DNA of 64,000 nt from Octopus sinensis (lineage: Eukaryota): contig NC_043011.1 in assembly GCF_006345805.1 (NCBI RefSeq), positions 59,222,464 to 59,286,463 on the forward strand, given 5' to 3'. The notes beneath the pieces were generated by a model. It did no database searches, had not been told where the DNA came from, and saw only the letters and a list, made by a program, of their open reading frames with translations. Below, one piece after another: positions 28,830 through 42,618 of the stretch. The translations under genes and the position numbers were made by a program. Each line of letters starts with the position of its first letter. Position 1 is the first letter of the stretch.

Positions 28830-29100
28830 AATAATCATTTGAGGGAATATTATTCCTAACTTACAGGGAAAAATTCCGTTTAGAAATACTAAATCATATT
28901 TCACGAAATATAATATATATATGATACATATTTACGTTTTTATTATTATAAATATATACATTTTTATTAATATTTTGCAATTTACTAAATCCTCGGTATA
29001 TTGTTGTTATTTTTATTTTAATATTTCTATTATATGTAATTTTCTACATGGTGTAAATTAATTGTTCATTTTGAATTGATAAACGGTGTTTTTTTCTAAT
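28830..29100. repeat. (TA)n-embedded two-module repeat shared with 41028..41430
   Basis: TTTGAGGGAATAT...CTTACAGGGAAAAA and ATGGTGTAA.TTAATTGTTCATTTTGAATTGATAAA occur at both loci. Confidence 0.8.
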
Positions 29101-29659
29101 ATTTATATGTACATGTGTGTGTGTGTGTGTGTATGTGTGTATGTATGTTTATATATATATGAATATATTTCAACTAATACCATTCGAGTTGTCACGTATT
29201 GCTGGTTTCAATTAAGCTGATTAATTTAATTAGATTATTTAAGTGCATGATTGATAGTTATTTTTCTATAACTTAATGCTCCTTTGTATTCTTTTCACAA
29301 TGTTGTATTTATATTCACATCGCCATTTCTTCCTTCGTATGCCATTAACGTCTTCATTAGGATACTAAACCCTTGGTAATCTTTACGATTTAGGGATCAG
29401 CAAGATTTCAACATTCTGAAGTGTTTTGCTTTTTATTTTGAAATTGTTTCTTTTTGTTCGTGTTCCTGAAGTTGACTTGCTTTAGTATTCTTTTATTCTT
29501 TTACTTGTATTAGTCATTTGAGTGCGGCCATGCTGGAGTACCGCCTTTAGCCGAACAAATTCGACGCCTAGTACTTATTCTATCGAAGTCTTTTGCCGAA
29601 CCGCTAAGTTACGAGGAGGTAAAACACACCAGCGTCTGTTGACAAGCGGTGGTGAACAA

Positions 29660-29691
<32 letters not shown>

Positions 29692-29796
29692 GTATGTATG
29701 TATATATTTGTATTTAAGCATGTATGTAAGTACGTTCGTATGTATATCCGTTTGGGAGTATTTGCATGTATATATTTGTATGTGTACATGTGTACT

Positions 29797-30180
29797 TGCA
29801 TCTACGCCTGAATGCGTGTGTATGTATACACACACACACGCACACACACACACATACATATATATTTATTAATGTACACGGATATTTCGAGCCTTGTGCC
29901 TAGAGTGGAACTTTAGGGCCTTGTGCCTAGAGTTGAAAAGATCCTTTCGGGGTCGATAAATTGAGTACCATTGAAACACAGCGTTCGATGTAACCGACAC
30001 ATCCCTTACCCGAAAATGGTAGCCCTTGTGGCAAAATTTGAAACCATTATCATTATAATTATTATTATCATTAAGGCGTCGAACTGGCAGAATCGTTAGC
30101 ATGCCGGACGAAACGCTTACCGGTATTTAGCTCGTTGTTACGTTCTGAATTCAAATTCCGCGGAGGTCGACTTTGTCTTT
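29797..30180 (+). repeat. Direct duplication of about 380 bp, copy 1 (copy 2 at 31346..31728)
   Basis: TTGCATCTACGCCTGAATGC through GTCGACTTTGTCTT repeated, including the same SINE-fragment junctions. Confidence 0.9.
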
Positions 30181-30476
30181 CACCCTTTTGTGTCCGATAA
30201 ACTAAGTACCAGTGACACACTGAGGCTGATGTAATTGACTTAAAACCTCCCTCCAAATTTCAGGCTCTGTCCCTTTAGTAGGAAGGATTATTGTAATTAC
30301 ATTTATATATTGGTTTTGCGAGATTCTTCATGTGAAATCGTGTTGAAAGAGATGTCGTTGTATTTAGAAATGGTCATTTTGCCAGTTTAGCTAATAAAAA
30401 CACACGCACTATACATTTGGTGTTAATTTGCTTCAGCGTTATTTATTTTTTACATTAATCTTAATCTTATTTCGGC

Positions 30477-30477
<1 letters not shown>

Positions 30478-30524
<47 letters not shown>

Positions 30525-30635
30525 TACTATTATTATTATTATTATGATTATTATTATTATGATTATTACTATTATTATTATTATTATTATTATTACTATT
30601 ATTATTATTATTATTATTACTATTATTATTATTAT
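30478..30635. repeat. (TTA)n microsatellite
   Basis: Seen directly. Confidence 0.95.
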
Positions 30636-31387
30636 ATTTTTAAAATCTTGAATAATATTTAATATATTAGCGTAGATTTTACTTAATAAATTATATTTTT
30701 ATTTTAGTTTCTATTCTTTATTTTATATTTTATATATTAACCTCGTATTTCTGCTTTTTACAGTTCAGATGTCGCGTAGCGTTATTATGCCACTAAAGTC
30801 CTCATATTGATTGGCATATTTTAATTACCTAAGTGTAGGACTTACAGTAATTCTATGCACTTTGAATAGTCTTTTCCAAATTCTTTTTTTCTCTTTAGAA
30901 ACTGAAGAATTCTATCACTTTCAGTATTGGTGTTCCTCTTTCTTAAACATTTTATTCCATTAACGATATCAGGGAGATAAGAGACCTATGCTAATTTAAG
31001 GATCAAGGGATTTGGATACTTGTGAATTATCTCACAGGTTGTCTTGTTGTTTTTTGTTGTTGTTTTCGTTCTATTTATTGGTGCTGTTGTTGTTGGTTTT
31101 ATTTTTTACTCATTCCATATCTTTTAGTGCAACACTATGGCCAAGTGCACTCTAACCGTGGCTACCTTGTCTTAATTAATGCAATACATGTAATAATACA
31201 TTATACGGTTTACCCAGAATGTTCTAAATACATCAACGTAGGAATGGGATTTTTTCATTTCTGTTCTAATTGTTTAACGAAAACATTCGCACCTCATAAA
31301 CATACTGTTAAATGTTAAGTGAATTCAACACATGAAATGTGTTTTTGCATCTACGCCTGAATGCATGAGTATATACACACACACACG

Positions 31388-31420
<33 letters not shown>

Positions 31421-33412
31421 TAATGTACACGGATATTTCGAGCCTTGTGCCTAGAGTAGAACTTTAGGGCCTTGTGCCTAGTGTGGAAAAGATCCTTTAG
31501 GTGTCGATAAATTGAGTACCATTGAAACACTGGGTTCGATGTAATCGACACATCCCTCACCCCAAAATGGTAGCCATTGTGGCAAAATTTGAAACCATTA
31601 TCATTATTATTATTATCATTAAGGCGTCGAACTGGCAGAATCGTTAGCATGCCGCGCGAAACGCTTAGCGGTATTTAGCTCGTTGCTACATTCTGAATTC
31701 AAATTCCGCCGAGGTCGACTTTGTCTTCCAAGGGCTAAATAGCAGTAGTATTCTTCCCTTCCATGGGACTGTGATATCAAGTTGACAACATGCCACCACT
31801 TTCTCGTGTTACTACTGTAGGAATCTCTCTGAGAGATTTAGAAATGTATTATTTATGAATTCAACATCCCTTGAATGTTATGAAATGCCAGCGCGGTTCT
31901 TCCACGCTGTTATTGATACACTTTTAACACACGCGCTGAAATGTAAGTACTTCAATGCCAATTCAACTCCTGTATTTATGTAGCCGTATATCATATGAAT
32001 CAGTAATTCGAATGAGAGCAATAAAGTCGCAGAGCATTATTCCAAGCCAAATTTTATTCACTTGACATTAGAGCCGAAGAACATGAATTATACCCTTGGC
32101 ACTTTCTCTGTCTCGTAATAAATCTACTCAGAAAGAAACTAATTTAGCAGATTGATGGCTTCGGAAACTCGTTTACATCAATGATTGTTTTTTATGCAGT
32201 TGTTGTTTAACACATTAAAGAATCTAATGACCAACTCATCTTTATTTAATCTGGAGTTATCACAGACTGCCGTTACCTAAGTGCTTTCGTTTTCCAAAAA
32301 GGTAAAGAGTGATGTGTGGGGCGTGGAGTATTGATTCCAGCAAATAAAGCGCGCCTTTCGAAGACTTTCTCGTTTGCTGTGGTTAATCTGAGTTCCCGAA
32401 AAAGACATATCCTTCTCTGTTCACCGAAATACCTGCAAAGCCCCCTTCACAGCTTTGAAAAATTTCTATATAGGTATGAGATAATTGAAGGTAATACTTG
32501 ATATTGTTCATCTGCATATAACATGGCGTGGTGATTGGCAAGTAACCTTTGGCATGTAAAAATTGGTTACAGTGTCACTTGGATATATTTTTGGACATAT
32601 CTTTGCTTTTAGGCATTACAGCAGTGACTATCCGCATTTTGTGAGCTATTCAGGTCTCATTTGTTTCTTATCCTCCTTGTAATGTCGATGATACGAGAGA
32701 AAGATTTTGCTATTTCTAACAGCTCTTGCAACTGCGTGGGTGGTTTCTTGACCTGTTGTTGTTTTATTTGTCTTGCATAGGTATGATCAAGGTCATCAGA
32801 CTATTTTTAAAGGTAGTCAGATGCGAGTGGCAATAATCATGACCCTGTACATTACCTTCAAAAACGATGGGAGAGTGGATAATTACAATAGAGTAGGCTC
32901 TCTCCCGATAAAGGGCACCAAGATGCAAAGTGAGGTTGGGAAACCAGCCAGCGTATCAAGTCTACATCCCTACATGGCGGGATTTCAAATCAAACGCCGA
33001 AAAAAAAGACAGAAAGGCGGCTGAAATGACGTTTTTGTTGTTATGCTAATTCACCATGTTAAGTTACTGTATTTATCGTTATGACAAGCGACCTAATGTA
33101 TAATGTAAACATCGAGTGTGAACATTCAAACGTCATCACCATCTTTCTAAATCCTGTTGCATTTCACAGCAAATTTTCGTTTCCTCCAAAGTCATCTTGC
33201 TGTAAAAGTTTACTTTCTTTTATGAGCTGTAGACTTTGGTCTGAGATATTTTACATGTATGTCGGAAGACACGGCAGTAACCTTTTACGACTCCGTTATG
33301 ATCAGGGACACAGTTGGCCTCGAAGACGTTTGAAATCAGAACGATGAGTCCAGACACACTGCGCAAAGCAATCTCTCTGCTGTTACAACTATTCTATCAA
33401 TTTGATGCTTAC

Positions 33413-33688
33413 TTTTGTCCAGACATGTGGCAGACATGTTTCTAGAGCATCCAACACTTTTTTAATACAGCAAAATATAGGCTGAGCGGGATTTGGCAGC
33501 CATTTATTGCACGTCGTTTGACCACGTAGAGGCCTGCTTCTTTGCCCGGCGGTTATTGACCTGTAAGCAGACTGCATATCTCCAGTTGTTGAAGAAAAGT
33601 TTTCTTGGTCTCTTGATGATCTTCGTTTCTGCATGTAGGAATAATAATAGCTTCTTCTTTGAATTAGTTTCCTTTTTTTAGAATACCG
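33413..33688 (-). CDS. Candidate 276-nt phase 0-0 exon, unknown protein
   Basis: AAATAG| acceptor, 92 stop-free codons (RYSKKRKLIQRRSYYYSYMQKRR...LPHVWTK), |GTAAGC donor. Confidence 0.3.
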
Positions 33689-33709
33689 CTATTTCTTACA
33701 AAACAGAAC

Positions 33710-33749
<40 letters not shown>

Positions 33750-34286
33750 CGCGTATATATCTATATAAAGAAGGCATTCAATAGATAAAGAATATCTATG
33801 GATTTATTGGTGTTTTTGGTTTAGTTGAATTAGCAATAACTTTCCCGTTCTGATTTTACTGATATGATGAAAATCACATATTTCCCCCACCCTCTCGCTC
33901 CACCCCCACCCTTACTCCTTGTCATAACTTATGTTTTGTCTAGCTTTGGTCGGCTTTGCAAACGAAGCTATGAATTAATATTCTACAGTGGTGACAGCAT
34001 ATAGAAATAAACAGTGCTTATAAGATGCAAATTTATTCCTAAAGCCATACGTGCATCAGCATATTTGTTTTTATGTATTGTTGACATGGTTGGTATAATG
34101 TATATAAAATTGTTTAATATCCTGTCATGTGCTTCTAGTAGATTACAATACATGTATTCAGATAAGTCCTAAAGTATATCTTTCCACATCATCAATTTAC
34201 GCAAGCACACGTTAACATCGCATATACACATATCAACGCACTAATTCTAAACATTGTCTTCCCACGTCTTCACTTTACACGAACAC

Positions 34287-34590
34287 ACATAAATATCGCA
34301 CGCAAAGACGCACACATATAACCATCGGCTAAAATACGAAATATACGCTTACTTCCAATCTAATCTACAATAATTGTACACTCAGCAAAAACGTATTTAA
34401 AAACTCATCGCTTTTCCTTATGTTAATACGATTTGTAATTCGCACACAAATCTGAGGCATTATATTGGTTTCATATTTTGGCACAAGGCCAGCAATTTCG
34501 GGGGTAGGAGAAGTCGATTATAACGATTCCAGTGTTCAACTGGTACTTATTCTAACGACCGCAAAAGGATGAAAGGCAAAGTCGTCCTCG
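34287..34590 (+). repeat. Segment of about 300 bp duplicated at 36044..36350
   Basis: ACATAAATATCGCACGCAAAGACG through GTCCTCGG, with few substitutions. Confidence 0.95.
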
Positions 34591-35729
34591 GTGGTATTTG
34601 AACTCAGAATGTAAAGATGGACGAAATGCCGCTAAGCAGTTTACCCGGCGTGCTAACGATCCTCCCAGCTCACCGTCTTTCAAACGGGTGCACAATATCC
34701 TTTTCAACTCTAGGCCTAAGGTCAGAAATTTTTGGTGAGGAGGCCAGTCGATTAGATCGACCTCCAGTATGCAACTGGTACTTAATTCATCGATCCCGAA
34801 AGGATGAAAGACAAAGTCGGCCTCGGCGGAATTTGAACTCAGAACGTAAAGATAGACGAAATACCAATTTCATTATCACCCACAGGGGGCTACACAAAAA
34901 ATGGGACAAAACAACTGATTGGGGTCAGTAACTCGTTATGAAATTACATAAATATGAATATAAAAATTATATAAAATATATAAGAATCGAATTAAATACA
35001 CAGTAAAAATATGACACAAATGTAGCGATGATCAGGCCACGCTCTGACCCCATAAGCCCCGATGTATCACTGGTACTTATTTCATCTCTTGTTTTTCTTC
35101 TATATCCTATTTACATGGTTCCTTGCACGCACAGCACTTGTGCAACATGCTTCCTGCTTTTTATTTTGACACAATCTCCGACAGGCATCTCTTTTAAGTA
35201 GAATGTCTTAAAAATAATAATTTTCCTTTTTTCCTCCTCTAATTCTCCTTCTGGTATTTCCACTTTTACCAATCCATCTCATTCTGTTATCATTTCCTTA
35301 TATTTTAATAATTCTATTTTGTCAGTTGACAGTTGTCGCGTTCCGCTACCAGCTGCTGACGCAAAACTTTTTCGGTCTTCATTTTAAATTTTCTTTGTTT
35401 CTGTTTCTTTTGGTACCCGTAACTTTTGGTAATGCTGGGAATTCACTTTCCGAAACATCAGAAATGTAATAAAAAATTAAACTTTCTATCATAACGTCCG
35501 TGTACGATTGTGGCCAATATCCTAGAGGAGAAACCTTCAATAACGAATAAAACAATGCAGGAATAAAACGAAATTAGTCAACTGATCAGGCAGTTATGAT
35601 CAACCTATTCTACACTAATAAGATTCAATACCCCATAATTTTACCATATTGCAGTGGTGCTGAGCACTGCATACAGTAAGTTAATTCTTAACCCCGTATC
35701 AATACGCTAACACTAATATACATTATTTA

Positions 35730-35845
35730 CACTTGACGGATATTTGTTCTCATCTCGTTTGTTATTAACACAAACTTTCGCCTGCTTGAAATCGAACTCG
35801 GAATCTTGGGGTTAGTACCCGCGATCTTAACCACTACGCAATATA
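35730..35845 (-). mobile_element. Fragment of a fourth tRNA-headed repeat
   Basis: Minus strand GCGTAGTGGTTAAG...GAGTTCGATTTC gives A and B boxes, but no closed acceptor stem. Confidence 0.55.
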
Positions 35846-35911
35846 TCCGTGAGTAAATGTGGAGTAAAGTTTAGTGTTTATAAATCTAATATACTATCCT
35901 TCCTTAATACC

Positions 35912-36435
35912 TATTTCTTTACTACTCACAAGGGGCTAAACACAGAGAGGACAAACAATGATAGACAAACGGATTAAGTCGATTATATCGACCCCAGTGC
36001 GTAACGCGTACTTATTTAATCAACCCCGAAAGGATGAAAGGCAACATAAATATCGCACGCAAAGACGCACACATATATTCATCGGCTAAAATACGAAATA
36101 TACGCTTACTTCCAATCTAATCTACAATAATTGTACACTCAGCAAAAACGTATTTAAAAACTCATCGCTTTTCGTTATGTTAATACGATTTGTAATTCGC
36201 ACACAAATCTGAGGCATTATATTGGTTTCATATTTTGGCACAAGGCCAGCAATTTCGGGGGTAGGAGATGTCGATTATAACGATTCTAGTGTTCAACTGG
36301 TACTTATTTTAACGACCGCAAAAGGATGAAGGGCAAAGTGGTCCTCGGCGGAATTTGAACTCAGAACGTAGCGGCAGACGAAATACGGTTACGCATTTCG
36401 CCCGGCGTGCTGACGTTTCTGCCAGCTCACCGCCT
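35912..36435 (-). mobile_element. SINE family A interrupted by a 300-bp templated insertion
   Basis: 3' half at 35912..36043, 5' half at about 36350..36435; CCTTCCTTA on both outer flanks. Confidence 0.85.
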
Positions 36436-36436
36436 T

Positions 36437-36578
36437 CCTTATGCTATTCCTATCTGCACTCGGTCTGCTTAGGAGATTGTTGTGTCCTAACATGTGCTGC
36501 TTCTTTCAGTTTTCGTATTTTCCAGTGGTGTTCTCTATCTATTATTTTAACTTCATCCCACAGAGGGGGGTAGTCTCC
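36437..36578 (-). mobile_element. Penelope-like element GIY-YIG endonuclease C-terminal fragment
   Basis: Translates PLWDEVKIIDREHHWKIRKLKEAAH, matching the W..VKI...E....R..KEA.H pattern at the end of Penelope ORFs. Confidence 0.75.
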
Positions 36579-37196
36579 ATTGATATAGAACTCCATTAAA
36601 TATAGAACTGTAACACTAATATGCTTGGCGCTGTCCGGGGATTGGTTGAACGTAGATGAAAAGTGAGTGAGGGAGAGAGAGAGAGGGAAGAGAGTCAGCG
36701 GTGAGAGCTAGGGATTGCTGTTATGTGGTTTAATAGTTAGTTACAAGAAGAAGTAGAACGCAATAAAGAAATAACGAAAGAGACAGAGAGAACAGGAGGT
36801 GAGTGTGCACATCAGTGCAGTTATATGACTTTAAATGTCGTGTGATAAAATATTATGACAGGCCATCAAAGTAGGTTGGTTCTTTTGCAGGTTTTAATGT
36901 ACAAAATGTTCAATACCTTCTTTCTTTTCGACGGAGAGTATATCTTAAGGTGGGTTTTAAAATTATATCGGTAGATGGTTAACGTAAAATGAAGTATCTT
37001 GCAATAAGCTTTCGATGAGACTATTTTACGCCTTCTATCCCAAAGACGTGTTCATGTTGGACATGATTTATTCAGGTTCCATTTTGGTTCGTTTAATAAT
37101 TTTCTTTCTTAAGTTGAAATGCGTATCCATATTAACATAGCAAACAGATACACACATCCATAGAAAGAAGCGTAGATGAGACAGATAAACAGAGTG

Positions 37197-37262
<66 letters not shown>

Positions 37263-37302
37263 GTAGGTAGATAGGTAGATAGATAGATTGATAGATAGAT
37301 AA

Positions 37303-37354
<52 letters not shown>

Positions 37355-37532
37355 GTAGACAGATAGATAGGTAGACAGATAGATAGATATGGATAGATTG
37401 ATAGATAGGTAGATAGATAGATAGATGGATAGATAGATAGATAGATAGATAGATGAATAGATAGATAAATAGATAGATAGATAGATAGATAGGTAGGTAG
37501 ATAGGTAGATAGATAGATTGATAGATAGATAA

Positions 37533-37580
<48 letters not shown>

Positions 37581-37754
37581 GTAGACAGATAGATAGGTAG
37601 ACAGATAGATAGATATGGATAGATTGATAGATAGGTAGATAGATAGATAGATGGATAGATAGATAGATAGATAGATAGATGAATAGATAGATAAATAGAT
37701 AGATAAATAGATAGATAAATAGATAGATAAATAGATAGATAAATAGATAGATAA

Positions 37755-37812
<58 letters not shown>

Positions 37813-37958
37813 GAATAGATAGATGAATAGATAGATAAATAGATAGATAAATAGATAGATAAATAGATAGATAAATAGATAGATAGATAGATAGATAGAT
37901 GAATAGATGAATAGATAGATAAATAGATAGATAAATAGATAGATAAATAGATAGATAA

Positions 37959-38017
<59 letters not shown>
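37197..38017. repeat. (GATA)n array with an internal duplication of about 240 bp
   Basis: Seen directly; source of the 309-aa LSIY ORF. Confidence 0.97.
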
Positions 38018-39140
38018 GGTCAGTAGGTATTCCATCACGCAGTTCGTTTTATAGATATACAGATTGATAGAGAAATAATTGAACTGAAATTAAATGAAAA
38101 CGAAATGAAAATAAACTTGATTGACAGATAAGTTGGACTGAGTTTGTTACTGATACGGGGGAGGGGCGACGGCGGTCGGACAGTGAAAAGTATAGTTTTT
38201 TTTTTATTGTTATAGTCATATCACATCTCACTTGAGGTATTCGCTTGAGAGCAATTAATTATAGCCTGCTAAATCAAAACTTATATTTGTTTACAAAATG
38301 TGGACAATAATTGACCACAAGACACATTTTTCTATATGTTTTTCTTTAAAAATAAAAAAAATAAACAATCATATGACGATTTGCAAAAGCTTTACCAACG
38401 CATAGTAGCAGAGTGATATTATAGCTAGCGTCACTGATTTTGTTCGACACGTAAGATTGCTTACTTATTGACATAAGCTGAAAAATAATAGATAAAAACT
38501 CATAAAACATAACAGATAATGATATAGCTTCCGAGGATGTTGTCTCTTGAAATTGTACCTTGAACACCACCTATGTGGATTTGTTACGCCAAATTAATTA
38601 TTAAATACTCCTGAAAAATACACAATTTCGACTTATAATTTTCCAGTCAAGCGTCCAATTTATACAGGTACTGCATCGACCCAGCGGAACCGTTAACACG
38701 CCGGGCACATTGCTTAGCGGCATTTCGTCCGTTTTTACGTTCTGATTTCAAATTCTGTCGAGATTGGCTGTCTTTCATTCCAGGTTGATAAAATAAATAC
38801 CAACTGAGCGCTGGAGTTGATGTGATCGATTTACGACCCCCCCCTCACACGCACACACAGAAATTTGAGGTCTTGTGCCTAGAGTAGAGAGGATTATTGC
38901 TATTCTTGTAAGATACGAGCTGACAGATTCGTTAGTGCGTCGAACGAAATGCTTAGTAGCATTTTTCCAGTTCCTCATATTCTAAGATAAAATTCGTCCG
39001 AGGTCAACTTTGCTTTTAACCCTTTAGGGATGAAATAAGAAACAGTCATGAATGAGATTCGGTAATACCCTTATTTTCTTCCACTAAAATTGCTGACATT
39101 TAGTCAAACTTTGAAACTATTATTATTATCATTATTATTG

Positions 39141-39193
<53 letters not shown>

Positions 39194-39442
39194 GAACTAT
39201 CTGTCTTTGTTTATCAACCTTACCTACTGACGGGTCTTATGTTGTTTTAGGCTAGACAGAAATCATTTTAATTAATTAGAAAATTTGTGTATAAGGTACT
39301 CAACACATCCCTCTTTAGCAGACCTCACTCACAAACTATCCTCTCATCAGTAGTTCCATCCCAACAGCGGTTCCCAACCCTTTTATTTAAATGAGTTTTC
39401 CCTCCTCGGACTCCTATCAATATGCTTATCCTTGTATATATG

Positions 39443-39510
<68 letters not shown>

Positions 39511-39544
39511 GAGAGAGAGAGAGAGAGACAGAGACAGACAGACA

Positions 39545-40385
39545 GAGACAGACAGACAGAGAAAGAGAGACAAAGTCAGAGTTTCAACTGAGAGACAGTG
39601 TGTGTGTATGCGTCTCCTGTTAAAGATGTCTTTAAATGATCTTTGAGTGCGAATGATTGACACTGCACACAACTTTTGCAAACGATGTAGATTTTCGTTG
39701 AAATCAGAAATGTTCAGTGCATCACAATATGTTTCGAGTCGCATCGATTTTCTTTGTGTAAATATTCCAGTCTTTCCTTCTTAGTTCATTGCGGTTGCCA
39801 ACCTTTACAAATTTACTCATCGAAGTCTTTCATCACTTTCCCTTCTTTGCTGGAGCTTTGGAAATATTAAATATAATCCTGTATATTAGAATGTTCATTA
39901 GCTAAGTACCCACTTTGCGTCCAGGGTCGACTCGCTAACCCTCTTCACGTTCCTTTGTATCGTGCTACATACTTAGAATCAGCCTGGCCCCGGTCGATTC
40001 TTTCATGCAATCCCCAAATGGATACATTCCTAATTAACATTCTAATATACGGGATTATATTTCATATTTCCAAAGCTCCTGCAAAGAAGGGAAAGCGAAA
40101 AAAGACTTCGATGAGTAAATTTCTAAAGGTTGGCAACCGCAATGAACTGAGAAGGAAAGACTTGAATATTTACACTCAGAAAATCGATGCGACTCGAAAC
40201 ATATTGTGATGCACAGGGCATTTCTGATTTATACGAAAATCTCCATCGTTTGCAAGGGAGTGCAGTGGTATGCTAATCATTGGCACTCAAAGATCATCTT
40301 TAACAGACATCTTTAACAGGATACGAATACACACACACACACTCTCTCTCTCCGTTGAACCTTGTTTCTGTCTCTGTCTCTCTCA
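39545..40385. mobile_element. Foldback element of about 840 bp (arms about 370 bp, spacer about 110 bp)
   Basis: 39545..39910 is an imperfect reverse complement of 40020..40385, e.g. TGCATCACAATATGTTTCGAGTCGCATCGATTTTCT. Confidence 0.85.
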
Positions 40386-40391
40386 CTCATT

Positions 40392-40486
<95 letters not shown>

Positions 40487-40513
40487 CACATAGACAGATA
40501 GATAGATAGACAC

Positions 40514-40557
<44 letters not shown>

Positions 40558-40968
40558 ATAGACGGACGGAGAGAGATACTGGGTTTTGGGAGGGGTATAA
40601 TCATGCTAAAAACAATTAAGCATTAACATAATTTTGTAAATTATTTACAAAACAAAAATTTGAAGGCAATATATATATTTACAGATAAAATAGATAAAAA
40701 TAGGTAAAAAATAGATAAAAACTTATATACAATAACTACATACGTGTTTGAGTGCACACACACACACAGAGAAGACACGAAATTGCGGCACTGTTATTTT
40801 AACGAGTAGAATTTATATATCTCCCAAAGAAATAAGAGACTCATCTGCACCGGCGGATGCTCCTGGGCCAGTTATTAAGTGTCTCAGCTGTGAGAGATTG
40901 ATGCTACATATGTGGAAACAAATGTCGTGATTGATGAAAATACTCGTATATTCCATCTTTCGTCTTTC

Positions 40969-41023
<55 letters not shown>

Positions 41024-41140
41024 ATATAAATAATTATTTGAGGGAATATAAATCCAAACTTACAGGGAAAAAAATTCAATTTAGAAATACTAATTCAAAT
41101 TTCACACAATATAATATATATATATATATATAAATAATTA

Positions 41141-41422
41141 GAAAAAAACCCGCCTTTTATCAATTCAAAATGAACAATTAAATTACACCACCTAGAAAAT
41201 TACATAGAATAGAAATATTAAAATTAAAATAACAATAGAATATCAATGATTAAGTAAATTGCAAAAAAACTTATATACGTTTTTATTATTGTTTTTTTTT
41301 TCAATTTACTTAATTATTGATATTTTATTGTTATTTTAATTTTAATATTTCTATTCTATGTAATTTTCTAGATGGTGTAATTTAATTGTTCATTTTGAAT
41401 TGATAAAAAGGTGGTTTTTTTC
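41141..41422. repeat. AT-rich inverted repeat with arms of about 130 bp, in (TA)n
   Basis: TTTTATCAATTCAAAATGAACAATTAAATTACACCA is mirrored at about 41373..41408. Confidence 0.9.
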
Positions 41423-41437
41423 AAATTTTTTATTTAC

Positions 41438-41490
<53 letters not shown>

Positions 41491-41782
41491 TGTATGTGTG
41501 TGTATGAAATTCACAAATATATTCAAACTGCTTTGGTGAATATGTTTTGTTAACTGTACGTGTATCCATTTATTTTCGGTTTCTTTTTTCCTTTTTTTTT
41601 TCTGTGTGTGCGTCCATCTATATAGTATGTGTCTGCAACACTTGTATGTAGAATTGTGTGGAAATTCTACGTCCATGATTACTCACAATATATTAAAATA
41701 TTCTTGTTCAAAAATCTATTGAAATAAAACCAACTTATTTTCAATTACTTGTTGCAATCTTTGTATCTCCTTAGCGAAAATT

Positions 41783-41965
41783 ACTACTTACTCGTCTGGT
41801 AAGTATTCTTAAGTGAATTTTAGATCAGAAACTACACCTAGTAGTTATTTTCTCAAGATAGTTTTGTTAAACCAGTCATTAATAAATATATTTCACACAG
41901 TTTCCTCGCTCACTCTTACACTCTCTCTCCCTCCCTGTTTCTCCCTCTCTTGTTATTTCTCTCTC
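41783..41965. repeat. Dispersed repeat of about 180 bp (second copy 43999..44183)
   Basis: CTTAAGTGAATTTTAGA.CAGAAAC.ACACCTAGTAGTTATTTTCTCAAGATA at both loci. Confidence 0.85.
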
Positions 41966-42160
41966 TTTTTTGCCACCATTTCCCTTAGAGTAAAGTTCTT
42001 AGAATAAGTTATTTTCATAAATGTCACAATAAACATTGATATTTGCCTCACTGGACGAAAAAAAAAAAATTGGTTTTCAAATTTCCCTTTAACTAGCGAG
42101 AATATGGTAGACACTAAAAATAAAATTATTCTATAATTTGTACGATTAAAATAACCAATA

Positions 42161-42338
42161 GGCGTAGGAGGGACTGTGTAGTAAGTAGCTTACTTACCAA
42201 CCACACGGTTCCGAATTCGGTCCCACTGCGTGGCACCTTGGGCAAGTGTCTTCTACTATAGCCTCGGGCCGACCAAAGCCTTGTGAGTGGATTTGGTTGT
42301 CGGAAACTTAAGAAACACGTCGTATATACGTATATATA

Positions 42339-42381
<43 letters not shown>

Positions 42382-42618
42382 GGTCTGTGTATATGTTTGT
42401 GTGTCTGTGTTTGTCCCCCCCCCCAACATTGCTTGACAACCGATATTGGTGTGTTTGCGTCCCCGTAAATTAACGGTTCGGCAAAAGAGACCGATAGAAT
42501 AAGTACTAGGCTTACAAAGAATCAGTTCTGGAGTCGATTTGCTCGACTAAAGGTGATGCTCCAGCATGGCTAGAGTCAAATGACTGAAACAAATAAAGGA
42601 ATAAAGGAATAAAGGAAT
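42161..42618 (+). mobile_element. SINE family B, full-length
   Basis: tRNA-like head, CORE-like GGCACCTTGGGCAAGTGTCTT, internal (TA)n, tail GCTCCAGCATGGC...TGACTGAAAC with (AAAGGAAT)n. Degenerate copies near 5.8, 8.1, 29.5, 46.7, 52.5, 53.3, 53.5, 54.4 and 61 kb. Confidence 0.9.

Noticed and set aside
31821-31942. Plus-strand exon-like segment with GTAAGT donor and 40 open codons
   Set aside because: Short enough to occur by chance, and no recognisable motif or partner exon.
35080-35480. Purine-rich minus-strand stretch with EFPALP, resembling a LINE ORF1 remnant; similar at 43.6-44.0 kb
   Set aside because: Many stop codons and no diagnostic domain, so too weak to call.
37109-38038. 309-aa ORF of LSIY repeats
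   Set aside because: Translation of the (GATA)n array.
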